Origin: Octopus vulgaris
Taxonomy: Eukaryota
Assembly (NCBI GenBank): GCA_951406725.2
Contig: OX597841.1
Span: forward strand, 18,290,001-18,354,000
Direction: 5' to 3'
Length of the DNA stretch: 64,000 nt
Shown here: positions 38,431 through 52,638 of the stretch, piece after piece
Position numbering within the stretch: position 1 is the first letter of the stretch
How the letters are laid out: the number at the start of each line of letters is the position of its first letter
Made by a program: the position numbers and the translations under genes
The notes under the pieces: model-generated
Database searches by the model: none
What the model saw: only the letters and a program-made list of their open reading frames with translations
Told to the model about the DNA's origin: nothing

Positions 38431-39200
38431 GAGAGAGGATGAGGCCAATGAACGGTCCACACAGTCTGTCTACCCTATGTGAAAGGCCTCTCCGAAAAGA
38501 TACAAAAGATATGCGGCCCATATGACATCAGGACAGTATTCAAGAGTAATACAACACTTTGCAAATATCTCCTTCCAGTAAAACCACCAAAAGAAGAGAA
38601 TATGACCAAAGACTGCGTGTACTCCATCCCATGTAGCTGTGGTAGGTTATACAAAGGCGAAACATGCTGCCCCCTCAAAATAAGGGTAGATGAACATTGC
38701 AAAGCTGTGACATGAGGAGATATTGATGAATTGGGTATTGATGACCATGTATGGAAAAATGGAGACCACCTCCCTCTGTGGGATGAAGTTAAAATAATAG
38801 ACAGAGAACACCACTGGAAAATACGAAAACTAAAAGAAGCAGCACATATGCTAGGACACAACAACCTCCTAAGCAGACCGAGTGCTGATATGAGCAGCAT
38901 ATGGGAACCGGTATTAAGGGGTGATAGAAAAATATTAGGTTTATAAGCTCTAAAATCCACTCCATAATTGCCCATGGGCATATGGCGTAGTGGTTAAGAG
39001 CGTGGGCTACTAACCCCAAGATTTTGAGTTTGATATTAATAATAATATCGAAAAATACCTTAGGAATGAGAACCCAGGTTCGAAATTTCCCCAAGACACC
39101 TGAAGAAGGCTGGAGGGAATATCAGCCGAAATGTTGTGTTAACAAACAAGATGCGGACAATATCCATCAAATGTAAATAATTCCTCATCTCTTAAATATA
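38431..39200 (+). mobile_element. 5'-truncated Penelope-like element (Penelope/Poseidon type; C-terminal GIY-YIG endonuclease plus 3' pLTR)
   Basis: LPYVKGLSEKI...CVYSIPCSCGRLYKGET...RVDEH...HVWKNGDH...RKLKEAAHM...WEPVL, with one in-frame TGA at 38713-38715. The 3' region holds a tRNA-like cassette and a hammerhead motif at 39095-39140. Confidence 0.9.
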
Positions 39201-39209
39201 GGCTTCTTT

Positions 39210-42200
39210 GTTAACTAGTGAAGAAGTGAGCTGTTCTTGCTAAGCTGCTATTTCTAGCAGGTTGAGCAAGCAGATACAGACTTCCTTGTTAACTGGTGAA
39301 GAACTGGGCTGTTCTTGCTAAGCTGCTATTTCTAGCAGGTTGAGCAAGCAGATACAGACTTCCTTGTTAACTGATGAAGAACTGGGCTGTTCTTGCTAAG
39401 CTGCTATTTCTAGCAGGTTGAGCAAGCAGATACAGACTTCCTTGTTAACTGGTGAAGAACTGGGCTGTTCTTGCTAAGCTGCTATTTCTAGCAGGTTGAG
39501 CAAGCAGATACAGACTTCCTTGTTAACTGTTGAAGAACTGGGCTGTTCTTGCTAAGCTGCTATTTCTAGCAGGTTGAGCAAGCAGATACAGACTTCCTTG
39601 TTAACTGATGAAGAACTGGGCTGTTCTTGCTAAGCTGCTATTTCTAGCAGGTTGAGCAAGCAGATACAGACTTCCTTGTTAACTGGTGAAGAACTGGGCT
39701 GTTCTTGCTAAGCTGCTATTTCTAGCAGGTTGAGCAAACAGATACAGACTTCCTTGTTAACTGGGGAAGAACTGGGCTGTTCTTGCTAAGCTGCTATTTC
39801 TAGCAGGTTGAGCAAGCAGATACAGACTTCCTTGTTAACTGGTGAAGAACTGGGCTGTTCTTGCTAAGCTGCTATTTCTAGCAGGTTGAGCAAGCAGATA
39901 CAGACTTCCTTGTTAACTGATGAAGAACTGGGCTGTTCTTGCTAAGCTGCTATTTCTAGCAGGTTGAGCAAGCAGATACAGACTTCCTTGTTAACTGGTG
40001 AAGAACTGGGCTGTTCTTGCTAAGCTGCTATTTCTAGCAGGTTGAGCAAGCAGATACAGACTTCCTTGTTAACTGTTGAAGAACTGGGCTGTTCTTGCTA
40101 AGCTGCTATTTCTAGCAGGTTGAGCAAGCAGATACAGACTTCCTTGTTAACTGATGAAGAACTGGGCTGTTCTTGCTAAGCTGCTATTTCTAGCAGGTTG
40201 AGCAAGCAGATACAGACTTCCTTGTTAACTGGTGAAGAACTGGGCTGTTCTTGCTAAGCTGCTATTTCTAGCAGGTTGAGCAAGCAGATACAGACTTCCT
40301 TGTTAACTGGTGAAGAACTGGGCTGTTCTTGCTAAGCTGCTATTTCTAGCAGGTTGAGCAAGCAGATACAGACTTCCTTGTTAACTGGTGAAGAACTGGG
40401 CTGTTCTTGCTAAGCTGCTATTTCTAGCAGGTTGAGCAAGCAGATACAGACTTCCTTGTTAACTGGTGAAGAACTGGGCTGTTCTTGCTAAGCTGCTATT
40501 TCTAGCAGGTTGAGCAAGCAGATACAGACTTCCTTGTTAACTGATGAAGAACTGGGCTGTTCTTGCTAAGCTGCTATTTCTAGCAGGTTGAGCAAGCAGA
40601 TACAGACTTCCTTGTTAACTGGTGAAGAACTGGGCTGTTCTTGCTAAGCTGCTATTTCTAGCAGGTTGAGCCAGCAGATACAGACTTCCTTGTTAACTGA
40701 TGAAGAACTGGGCTGTTCTTGCTAAGCTGCTATTTCTAGCAGGTTGAGCAAGCAGATACAGACTTCCTTGTTAACTGGTGAAGAACTGGGCTGTTCTTGC
40801 TAAGCTGCTATTTCTAGCAGGTTGAGCAAGCAGATACAGACTTCCTTGTTAACTGTTGAAGAACTGGGCTGTTCTTGCTAAGCTGCTATTTCTAGCAGGT
40901 TGAGCAAGCAGATACAGACTTCCTTGTTAACTGATGAAGAACTGGGCTGTTCTTGCTAAGCTGCTATTTCTAGCAGGTTGAGCAAGCAGATACAGACTTC
41001 CTTGTTAACTGGTGAAGAACTGGGCTGTTCTTGCTAAGCTGCTATTTCTAGCAGGTTGAGCAAGCAGATACAGACTTCCTTGTTAACTGGTGAAGAACTG
41101 GGCTGTTCTTGCTAAGCTGCTATTTCTAGCAGGTTGAGCCAGCAGATACAGACTTCCTTGTTAACTGATGAAGAACTGGGCTGTTCTTGCTAAGCTGCTA
41201 TTTCTAGCAGGTTGAGCAAGCAGATACAGACTTCCTTGTTAACTGATGAAGAACTGGGCTGTTCTTGCTAAGCTGCTATTTCTAGCAGGTTGAGCAAGCA
41301 GATACAGGTTTTCTTGTTAACTGTTGAAGAACTGGGCTGTTCTTGCTAAGCTGCTATTTCTAGCAGGTTGAGCAAGCAGATACAGACTTCCTTGTTAACT
41401 GATGAAGAACTGGGCTGTTCTTGCTAAGCTGCTATTTCTAGCAGGTTGAGCAAGCAGATACAGACTTCCTTGTTAACTGATGAAGAACTGGGCTGTTCTT
41501 GCTAAGCTGCTATTTCTAGCAGGTTGAGCAAGCAGATACAGACTTCCTTGTTAACTGGTGAAGAACTGGGCTGTTCTTGCTAAGCTGCTATTTCTAGCAT
41601 GTTGAGCCAGCAGATACAGACTTCCTTGTTAACTGGTGAAGAACTGGGCTGTTCTTGCTAAGCTGCTATTTCTAGCAGGTTGAGCAAGCAGATACAGACT
41701 TCCTTGTTAACTGATGAAGAACTGGGCTGTTCTTGCTAAGCTGCTATTTCTAGCATGTTGAGCCAGCAGATACAGACTTCCTTGTTAACTGGTGAAGAAC
41801 TGGGCTGTTCTTGCTAAGCTGCTATTTCTAGCATGTTGAGCCAGCAGATACAGACTTCCTTGTTAACTGGTGAAGAACTGGGCTGTTCTTGCTAAGCTGC
41901 TATTTCTAGCAGGTTGAGCAAGCAGATACAGACTTCCTTGTTAACTGGTGAAGAACTGGGCTGTTCTTGCTAAGCTGCTATTTCTAGCATGTTGAGCAAG
42001 CAGATACAGACTTCCTTGTTAACTGATGAAGAACTGGGCTGTTCTTGCTAAGCTGCTATTTCTAGCAGGTTGAGCAAGCAGATACAGACTTCCTTGTTAA
42101 CTGATGAAGAACTTGGCTGTTCTTGCTAAGCTGCTATTTCTAGCAGGTTGAGCAAGCAGATACAGACTTCCTTGTTAACTGTTGAAGAACTGGGCTGTTC

Positions 42201-45200
42201 TTGCTAAGCTGCTATTTCTAGCAGGTTGAGCAAGCAGATACAGACTTCCTTGTTAACTGTTGAAGAACTGGACTGTTCTTGCTAAGCTGCTATTTCTAGC
42301 AGGTTGAGCAAGCAGATACAGACTTCCTTGTTAACTGATGAAGAACTGAACTGTTCTTGCTAAGCTGCTATTTCTAGCAGGTTGAGCAAGCAGATACAGA
42401 CTTCCTTGTTAACTGATGAAGAACTGGGCTGTTCTTGCTAAGCTGCTATTTCTAGCAGGTTGAGCAAGCAGATACAGACTTCCTTGTTAACTGGTGAAGA
42501 ACTGGGCTGTTCTTGCTAAGCTGCTATTTCTAGCAGGTTGAGCAAGCAGATACAGACTTCCTTGTTAACTGGTGAAGAACTGGGCTGTTCTTGCTAAGCT
42601 GCTATTTCTAGCAGGTTGAGCAAGCAGATACAGACTTCCTTGTTAACTGGTGAAGAACTGGGCTGTTCTTGCTAAGCTGCTATTTCTAGCAGGTTGAGCC
42701 AGCAGATACAGACTTCCTTGTTAACTGGTGAAGAACTGGGCTGTTCTTGCTAAGCTGCTATTTCTAGCAGGTTGAGCAAGCAGATACAGACTTCCTTGTT
42801 AACTGGTGAAGAACTGGGCTGTTCTTGCTAAGCTGCTATTTCTAGCATGTTGAGCCAGAAGATACAGACTTCCTTGTTAACTGGTGAAGAACTGGGCTGT
42901 TCTTGCTAAGCTGCTATTTCTAGCAGGTTGAGCAAGCAGATACAGACTTCCTTGTTAACTGGTGAAGAACTGGGCTGTTCTTGCTAAGCTGCTATTTCTA
43001 GCATGTTGAGCCAGCAGATACAGACTTCCTTGTTAACTGGTGAAGAACTGGGCTGTTCTTGCTAAGCTGCTATTTCTAGCAGGTTGAGCAAGCAGATACA
43101 GACTTCCTTGTTAACTGGTGAAGAACTGGGCTGTTCTTGCTAAGCTGCTATTTCTAGCAGGTTGAGCAAGCAGATACAGACTTCCTTGTTAACTGATGAA
43201 GAACTGGGCTGTTCTTGCTAAGCTGCTATTTCTAGCAGGTTGAGCAAGCAGATACAGACTTCCTTGTTAACTGGTGAAGAACTGGGCTGTTCTTGCTAAG
43301 CTGCTATTTCTAGCAGGTTGAGCAAGCAGATACAGACTTCCTTGTTAACTGATGAAGAACTGGGCTGTTCTTGCTAAGCTGCTATTTCTAGCAGGTTGAG
43401 CAAGCAGATACAGACTTCCTTGTTAACTGGTGAAGAACTGGGCTGTTCTTGCTAAGCTGCTATTTCTAGCAGGTTGAGCCAGCAGATACAGACTTCCTTG
43501 TTAACTGGTGAAGAACTGGGCTGTTCTTGCTAAGCTGCTATTTCTAGCAGGTTGAGCAAGCAGATACAGACTTCCTTGTTAACTGGTGAAGAACTGGGCT
43601 GTTCTTGCTAAGCTGCTATTTCTAGCAGGTTGAGCCAGCAGATACAGACTTCCTTGTTAACTGGTGAAGAACTGGGCTGTTCTTGCTAAGCTGCTATTTC
43701 TAGCAGGTTGAGCAAGCAGATACAGACTTCCTTGTTAACTGGTGAAGAACTGGGCTGTTCTTGCTAAGCTGCTATTTCTAGCAGGTTGAGCCAGCAGATA
43801 CAGACTTCCTTGTTAACTGGTGAAGAACTGGGCTGTTCTTGCTAAGCTGCTATTTCTAGCAGGTTGAGCAAGCAGATACAGACTTCCTTGTTAACTGGTG
43901 AAGAACTGGGCTGTTCTTGCTAAGCTGCTATTTCTAGCATGTTGAGCCAGCAGATACAGACTTCCTTGTTAACTGGTGAAGAACTGGGCTGTTCTTGCTA
44001 AGCTGCTATTTCTAGCAGGTTGAGCAAGCAGATACAGACTTCCTTGTTAACTGATGAAGAACTGGGCTGTTCTTGCTAAGCTGCTATTTCTAGCATGTTG
44101 AGCCAGCAGATACAGACTTCCTTGTTAACTGGTGAAGAACTGGGCTGTTCTTGCTAAGCTGCTATTTCTAGCAGGTTGAGCAAGCAGATACAGACTTCCT
44201 TGTTAACTGATGAAGAACTGGGCTGTTCTTGCTAAGCTGCTATTTCTAGCAGGTTGAGCAAGCAGATACAGACTTCCTTGTTAACTGGTGAAGAACTGGG
44301 CTGTTCTTGCTAAGCTGCTATTTCTAGCAGGTTGAGCCAGCAGATACAGACTTCCTTGTTAACTGGTGAAGAACTGGGCTGTTCTTGCTAAGCTGCTATT
44401 TCTAGCAGGTTGAGCAAGCAGATACAGACTTCCTTGTTAACTGGTGAAGAACTGGGCTGTTCTTGCTAAGCTGCTATTTCTAGCAGGTTGAGCAAGCAGA
44501 TACAGACTTCCTTGTTAACTGGTGAAGAACTGGGCTGTTCTTGCTAAGCTGCTATTTCTAGCAGGTTGAGCCAGCAGATACAGACTTCCTTGTTAACTGG
44601 TGAAGAACTGGGCTGTTCTTGCTAAGCTGCTATTTCTAGCAGGTTGAGCAAGCAGATACAGACTTCCTTGTTAACTGGTGAAGAACTGGGCTGTTCTTGC
44701 TAAGCTGCTATTTCTAGCAGGTTGAGCAAGCAGATTTCCTTGAGCTGGTGAAGAACTGGGCTGTTCTTGCTAAGCTGCTATTTCTAGCAGTTGAGCAAGC
44801 AGATACAGACTTCCTTGTTAACTGGTGAAGAACTGGGCTGTTCTTGCTAAGCTGCTATTTCTAGCAGGTTGAGCCAGCAGATACAGACTTCCTTGTTAAC
44901 TGGTGAAGAACTGGGCTGTTCTTGCTAAGCTGCTATTTCTAGCAGGTTGAGCAAGCAGATACAGACTTCCTTGTTAACTGGTGAAGAACTGGGCTGTTCT
45001 TGCTAAGCTGCTATTTCTAGCAGGTTGAGCAAGCAGATACAGACTTCCTTGTTAACTGATGAAGAACTGGGCTGTTCTTGCTAAGCTGCTATTTCTAGCA
45101 GGTTGAGCAAGCAGATACAGACTTCCTTGTTAACTGGTGAAGAACTGGGCTGTTCTTGCTAAGCTGCTATTTCTAGCAGGTTGAGCAAGCAGATACAGAC

Positions 45201-46248
45201 TTCCTTGTTAACTGGTGAAGAACTGGGCTGTTCTTGCTAAGCTGCTATTTCTAGCAGGTTGAGCAAGCAGATACAGACTTCCTTGTTAACTGGTGAAGAA
45301 CTGGGCTGTTCTTGCTAAGCTGCTATTTCTAGCAGGTTGAGCAAGCAGATACAGACTTCCTTGTTAACTGATGAAGAACTGGGCTGTTCTTGCTAAGCTG
45401 CTATTTCTAGCAGGTTGAGCCAGCAGATACAGACTTCCTTGTTAACTGGTGAAGAACTGGGCTGTTCTTGCTAAGCTGCTATTTCTAGCAGGTTGAGCAA
45501 GCAGATACAGACTTCCTTGTTAACTGGTGAAGAACTGGGCTGTTCTTGCTAAGCTGCTATTTCTAGCAGGTTGAGCAAGCAGATACAGACTTCCTTGTTA
45601 ACTGATGAAGAACTGGGCTGTTCTTGCTAAGCTGCTATTTCTAGCAGGTTGAGCAAGCAGATACAGACTTCCTTGTTAACTGGTGAAGAACTGGGCTGTT
45701 CTTGCTAAGCTGCTATTTCTAGCAGGTTGAGCAAGCAGATACAGACTTCCTTGTTAACTGATGAAGAACTGGGCTGTTCTTGCTAAGCTGCTATTTCTAG
45801 CAGGTTGAGCAAGCAGATACAGACTTCCTTGTTAACTGGTGAAGAACTGGGCTGTTCTTGCTAAGCTGCTATTTCTAGCAGGTTGAGCAAGCAGATACAG
45901 ACTTCCTTGTTAACTGATGAAGAACTGGGCTGTTCTTGCTAAGCTGCTATTTCTAGCAGGTTGAGCAAGCAGATACAGACTTCCTTGTTAACTGGTGAAG
46001 AACTGGGCTGTTCTTGCTAAGCTGCTATTTCTAGCAGGTTGAGCAAGCAGATACAGACTTCCTTGTTAACTGATGAAGAACTGGGCTGTTCTTGCTAAGC
46101 TGCTATTTCTAGCAGGTTGAGCAAGCAGATACAGACTTCCTTGTTAACTGGTGAAGAACTGGGCTGTTCTTGCTAAGCTGCTATTTCTAGCAGGTTGAGC
46201 AAGCAGATACAGACTTCCTTGTTAACTGATGAAGAACTTGGCTGTTCT
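39210..46248. repeat. 78-bp satellite, about 90 highly homogeneous copies
   Basis: Unit GTTAACTG(G/A/T)TGAAGAACTGGGCTGTTCTTGCTAAGCTGCTATTTCTAGCAGGTTGAGC(A/C)AGCAGATACAGACTTCCTT. The period was checked (39301 to 39691 = 5 units). No ORFs. Confidence 0.98.
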
Positions 46249-46939
46249 TTTTAGTGTGTTAACAGTAGTGTAACTGCAGTAGCAAGATTATCCAGTAACT
46301 GTAATAATATTAATAATAACTGTGAGCTTCTGGTGGTGGTGCTGTTAGTAAAAGCACTTAAGCGATGATTTCACTGCGACAGGCAGCAATTGGTAGGGAG
46401 GCAGCGATGGGGCCGACGGCGTCGGTGATAACAAGCAGAGTGATTAAAAAGATTACATCGTCAGATGAAATCGTGATGATGGAGAGACATGTAGGTAGGG
46501 TCGGGTCGGGTCGGGGGGGTCGGGGTGGGAGTGCGAAATCATGTTTGATAAACACATCTTAATATCAAGTTGGGGCAATTCTAGTTTACACGTATATAAG
46601 TGAGTGTTTGCATGTATGAGTGAGTGTGTATACATGTACATATGTATGTATATGCATGCCAATAGATACTTAGAATTTTGAATTTATCTACACTCACTGA
46701 AGTATATACAAGTATAACATAACAACAGAGTCAGACACACTACAATCATAGAGGTGCATATACACATACACAGATGCATGTGTACATACATGCTGATGCA
46801 TAAAAGATATACACACACATACATATTCTTATATGAACATACACAAGGTTCATTGTTTGTGCTGCTTCCGTAACTTGCTTCTGGTTTCAAAACCTCAGCA
46901 GATACATCGACATATCATGGGACCAATTTGATTATATAT

Positions 46940-47505
46940 TATCTATCTAGCTGTACTTCTACGGGTCTATCTATCTAGTTGTACTTCTACAGGTCTATCT
47001 ATCTAGTCGTACTTCTACCAGTCTATCTATCTAGTTGTACTTCTACAGGTCTATCTAGTCGTACTTCTACGGGTCTATCTATCTAGTTGTACTTCTACAG
47101 GTCTATCTAGTCGTACTTCTATGGGTCTATCTATCTAGTCGTACTTCTACCAGTCTATCTATCTAGTTGTACTTCTACAGGTCTATCTAGTCGTACCTCT
47201 ATGGGTCTATCTATCTAGTTGTACTTCTACAGGTCTACCTATCTAGTCGTACTTCTACCGGTCTATCTATCTAGTCGTACATCTACGGGTCTATCTATCT
47301 AGTCGTACATCTACGTGTCTATCTAGTCGTACTTCTATGGGTCTATCTATCTAGTCGTACATCTATGGGTCTATCTATCTAGTCATACTTCTACGGGTCT
47401 ATCTATCTATCTAGTCGTACTTCTATAGATCTATCTATCTAGCTGAACTACTATAGAACTTTATAGTCATACTTTCATAGATCTATCTACCTAGTCATAG
47501 ATCTA
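46940..47505. repeat. 24/28-bp minisatellite (TCTA)nGT(C/T)GTACTTCTAC(A/G)GG
   Basis: Direct inspection. Confidence 0.9.
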
Positions 47506-49827
47506 GGATGTGCATTGTTAAAAATATAGTCCTGTAAGTAATCAAAATTCAAAGAACTTTTACAATTCCATATCAATTTTGTATTTTTTCTTCTTTTTCT
47601 TTTTGGCATATCACTTTAACTTCTTTGCATTTAAACTGACCATATCCAACCAAATATTCTACCAGTTTTATGTTAAAACTGACCAGAACCAGTCTCTCGC
47701 ACCTACCCTATAAGGTCACTGTAAAAATACACAATCACATCATCAAAATCTCAAAGTTACGAGATAATGTGTGATTAATTCAAAATGGTATCAATAAATA
47801 AGCCTTACACTTGAGAGAGTAGGGCTAATGCCTGCCAGCACATGGAGAGCTTCTGATGTGTTGTTGTAGCCTTGTTCATTTGTTTGGATAAGACATTGCT
47901 GTTGGATGCCCTCTCATTATTATTATTATTATTATAATATCAAAAGAAAACATGCTCCAAGTATTTTAAAAAGGCACTACTTAAAAAGAGCTAATTCAAA
48001 ACATAGGACAATAAAACAGACCTCATTATATCCAAAAGGAGCAAACAGTTGGAGGAGGCCCCAAAACTTAAAAAGCCTTCAATTAGATTTAATGATTCTC
48101 TTTAAATCTAAAAGGGCCCAATAAATCAAACAGGGTTCAATAATTTTAGAAAAACTCTACCTAATTAAAAAGAAATTTAGACACAAAAAAACAATTACAG
48201 ATTATTTGATTACCGTAAATATATTTTTTAATTTTTAACTCCAAATTTAAGGCATCTCAGAGTTAAAGGGAAGCCTTTGGACCTTGGTCCATATAAGCCC
48301 ATATATAAATCTGGCCCTGCAATCATCATTCCAGCCAGTCACCTTCCCACGCTCCATAGTAGAAAAGGAACAAGCTGGTTAATGTGACCCATCAATTGTA
48401 CTGAATTTCAAAACAAATAGTAGTTTGTAGAGAATGTATTGAGTAGGTGTGAAATAAAGTGGACTGAAATTAGAGTGAATGTCGAGTGAGGTGAAGTGGA
48501 CGGGGAGTGGAATAAAGTGAAGAGTGTTCTCACTGAAAATTGAAACCGGAAACACATAGCAACTAAACGGCGTGCTACAGTAATGATAACGTGGATGTTC
48601 CACTGGAGTCTGCACACAATTTGCTCAATCTCCCAGATGCAGTGACCAAATTTGGCTCAAATCCTAATCTAAATTATTATCTTAATCCTTTAGTGTTTAA
48701 ACCGGCCAAATCAGGCCCAAATATTTGACTTTGCTTTTATGTTCAAACCAGCCAGATCTGGCCCCTTAAAAATAAACAATCACATCACCAAATCTCAAAG
48801 TTGCAAGAAACCGGCCCTAGCTCTGAGTACAAATGACTCCTTTCTAAAAGTTCTGAATTAAAATCTTCCACCAAACTTTAGTCACAATTTATATTCCTAA
48901 CACTAGCTTAATGATAACTAAGTTATTTTACTTAATTCTTAGTTATATTTCTTAGTTAATTGAAAGAAACACAAAACACCTTAAAATAAATCTGGCAATG
49001 AAAGGGTTAACTTGAGACAAATGTGAATACATAAGCATTACGTTTTTCAAACTAATCTAAATGCTAAAGGTTAAAAAGAAAGGATACACTCTTTGGGTGA
49101 TGTAGTCCAAGATATACTATGGCTGAATTAATTAAAAATGAGCTGGCTTATAGTGGAACCTCACTAATCACAGATGCAGCTGGATCACAACAGAGCTGTA
49201 GTGAAATGAAAAGATACTGGTTTCAAATTTTGGCACAAGGACAGCAGTTTCAGGTAATACAACTGGTACTTAATTTATCAACTCAGAAAGGATGACAGGT
49301 AAAGCCAACTGTGATGGAATTTGAACTCAGGCCATTAAGACAGATGAAATACTGATAAGCATTTTGTCTGACAGTTCACTACCTTAAAAGGATTGAGTCT
49401 ACATTGGCTGGAAGGTTCACACAGCGAGTTCAGTCCCACTGTGTGGCACCTTCAGCAAGTGACTTCTACATTGGGAGTAGATTTGGTAGAAGGACACCGA
49501 AAGATGCTCACTCAATATTCTTTTACTTGTTTCCATCATTTGACTGGAGCCATGCTGGAGCACCACTTTGAAGGAGTTTCGTTTAACAGAACGAGCCCAG
49601 GACTATATTTTTTAAAGTCTAGTCTGTATTCTGTTAGTCTCTTCTGCCGAACTGTCAAGTTACAGGGATGTAAACATGCTAACATCGGTTGTCAAGTGAT
49701 CGTGGGGGAGAGGGACAAATACAGACACATGTACGTATATATATATATATATATATACACATATATACATACATACATACATACATATATATATACATAC
49801 ATATATATATCTATATATATATATTTC

Positions 49828-50020
49828 TCTTTTTACTTGTTTCAGTCATTTGACTGTGGCCATGCTGGAGCACCGCCTTTAGTCGAGCAAATCAACCCCG
49901 AAACTTATTCTTTGTAAGCCCAGTACTTATTCTATCGGTCTCTTTCACCGAACCGCTAAGTGACGGGGACGTAAACACACCAGCATCGGTTGTCAAGCAA
50001 TGCTAGGGGGACAAACACAG

Positions 50021-50079
<59 letters not shown>

Positions 50080-50240
50080 TACGACGGGCTTCTTTCGGTT
50101 TCCGTCTACCAAATCCACTCTCAAGGCTTTGGTTGGTCCGAGGCTATACTAGAAGACACTTGCCCAAGATGCCACGCAGTAGGACTGAACCTGGAACCAT
50201 GTGGTTGGTTAGCAAGCTACTTACCACACAGCCACTCCTG
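49828..50240 (-). mobile_element. SINE family A, full length
   Basis: Near-consensus copy. Confidence 0.9.
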
Positions 50241-50349
50241 TATATATACATACTAAAACATGCCCTGAATGTGTTTATGTAATTTTCACTCATTCAGGTA
50301 TTTTATATTTATAACTGAACACCACACAGCTTTGACTACACTCGCTTTA

Positions 50350-50968
<619 letters not shown>

Positions 50969-51672
50969 CACAAATAATAGCAGAGATACCGGGCGTCCCA
51001 CAAGATTAAAATGGTATAGTCTTTTATTGTTCTACTTGTTTCAGTCATGTGCCTGTGACCAGGCTGGAGCACCGCCTTTAGTCGATACATATATACACGT
51101 ACATATATACATGTATTGCCTGAGGCAATAGTAGAAAACATTTGCCCCAAATGCCAACCAGTGGGACTGAACCTGGAACCATGTGGTTGGGAAGCTAACT
51201 TCTTACCACACACCCTGTGTGTGCCTTTGTGTCAGTCTCCATGCCCCAGCACCACTTAACAACCAGTGTTGGTGTGTCTACATACCCGTAACTTAGCGGT
51301 TTGCCATGAGAGACTGACAGAATAAATACTAGGCTTAAAAAAAAAACCATCTTGGGTTTGATTTGTTTGACTAAAACTCTTGAAGATGGTGCTCCAGCAT
51401 GACCACGGTCAAATGACTGAAATAAGTAAAAAGAATGAAAGGATTTTCGTGGCAGCTTTGACGATGCTGGCAAGAGGTGGAGAGGACTACTTGAGGACGG
51501 ATTCCATAACCGGACGCTTCGGCTGATGACAACCCTTGCTTCTTTCCCACCATACTTTACTCCATGGCTTCAAATAACAATGAGCAGCTGGACACATTTT
51601 ATTTATGGGACACACGAATATCACCAACAGAAGAAGAGTCAAATAAAAGCTAGAACACACACATAGCTATGC

Positions 51673-51708
<36 letters not shown>

Positions 51709-52250
51709 TGCCTTCAACAAGCATAGATCGACTTCCCTGTCTTTCGCAAGCCGACTTTTCACATGCGTTCTAACTAATTTTTCCACCGTCTAGGCCTAAA
51801 GAAAGCCCTTATTGTTGGTTCCCTGTCCTGTTATTCCTTTTTGTACTGTTTTTTCTTCATTTGTATTGCTTTTACGTCCTGTTCTTGTCACTTGTTTTAC
51901 CCCTCTGCAAAAGAATTTTATTTAATTCCTTTTGCAGGAAGGACTGCTTCGGCCTGGCCGTGTTCTGCCCTTACCTTCGAAACACGCATTGAGTCGAACC
52001 AGGGGCAGCTGATGAAGGGGAATTTTCCTTGTATTGTTTGTCCTGTACTCTGTTTTTCTGTTGTTAAAAAAAGTCCGTTTCCTTGTTTGATTTTATGTTT
52101 TTGTTTCTCGTTGTGTTCTACGTTTATTTGTGGTGTCCTGTACTCATACATTTTATCTATTTATTATATTGTTATTATATGACCGAACGCATGTGTCGTT
52201 TCTCTTCTCCAAGTAAGTTTTTATTTTTATATATAAATATATATATATAT

Positions 52251-52420
52251 AGTTAATCCAAACATGAAAGTACTAAAAAACACAACAACGCGAGGACGTG
52301 GAACAAATATAGTATTATTGGACGCTCAGGACAGAAGGAGGGTTTAACGTTTCAAGCGGAGCTCTTCGTCGGAAACATAGAAGGAAAGATCCAGAGAAGG
52401 GAAGACAGAGGAAAGAAAAT
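52251..52420 (-). mobile_element. Short hammerhead-bearing element, family H1, second copy
   Basis: Motif at 52342-52376: gttt-CCGACGA-a-gagc(tcc)gctt-GAAA-CGTT-aaac. Confidence 0.7.
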
Positions 52421-52599
52421 AGCAGGATAGCTCAGCACTGCTCAGAGAGAGAGAGCAATATTATTATGTTTATTTAATTTAGTGATTTTTTAAAATAATA
52501 TTTATTATAGTATATTTAATTTTTTTCTATATGGTGTGGATGGTGTCTGTCACTATTGAATTACTTAACAGAGGTTATTTCTCTCAATTATATACATAC

Positions 52600-52638
<39 letters not shown>

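Noticed and set aside
38713-38715. In-frame TGA in the PLE ORF as selenocysteine (as in some Naiad PLEs)
   Set aside because: It is best explained as CGA>TGA CpG decay in a truncated copy. The element has a C-terminal GIY-YIG, unlike Naiads, and no SECIS was recognised.
38976-39035. Functional tRNA genes here, at 18993 and in SINE heads
   Set aside because: No intact acceptor stem or cloverleaf. All are embedded in repeats as tRNA-derived heads.
44730-44795. Aberrant shortened satellite units
   Set aside because: The isolated indels could be long-read or assembly errors and cannot be interpreted without reads.
39210-46248. Satellite as a CRISPR array or as a complete hammerhead satellite (newt or schistosome type)
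   Set aside because: There are no unique spacers and the context is eukaryotic. CTGATGA is only one variant, and no GAAA/stem III follows.
51960-52030. Permuted (type II) hammerhead: CGAAAC...GTC...CTGATGAAGGGG
   Set aside because: Stem I cannot pair. At most it is a decayed motif in a probable repeat fragment.
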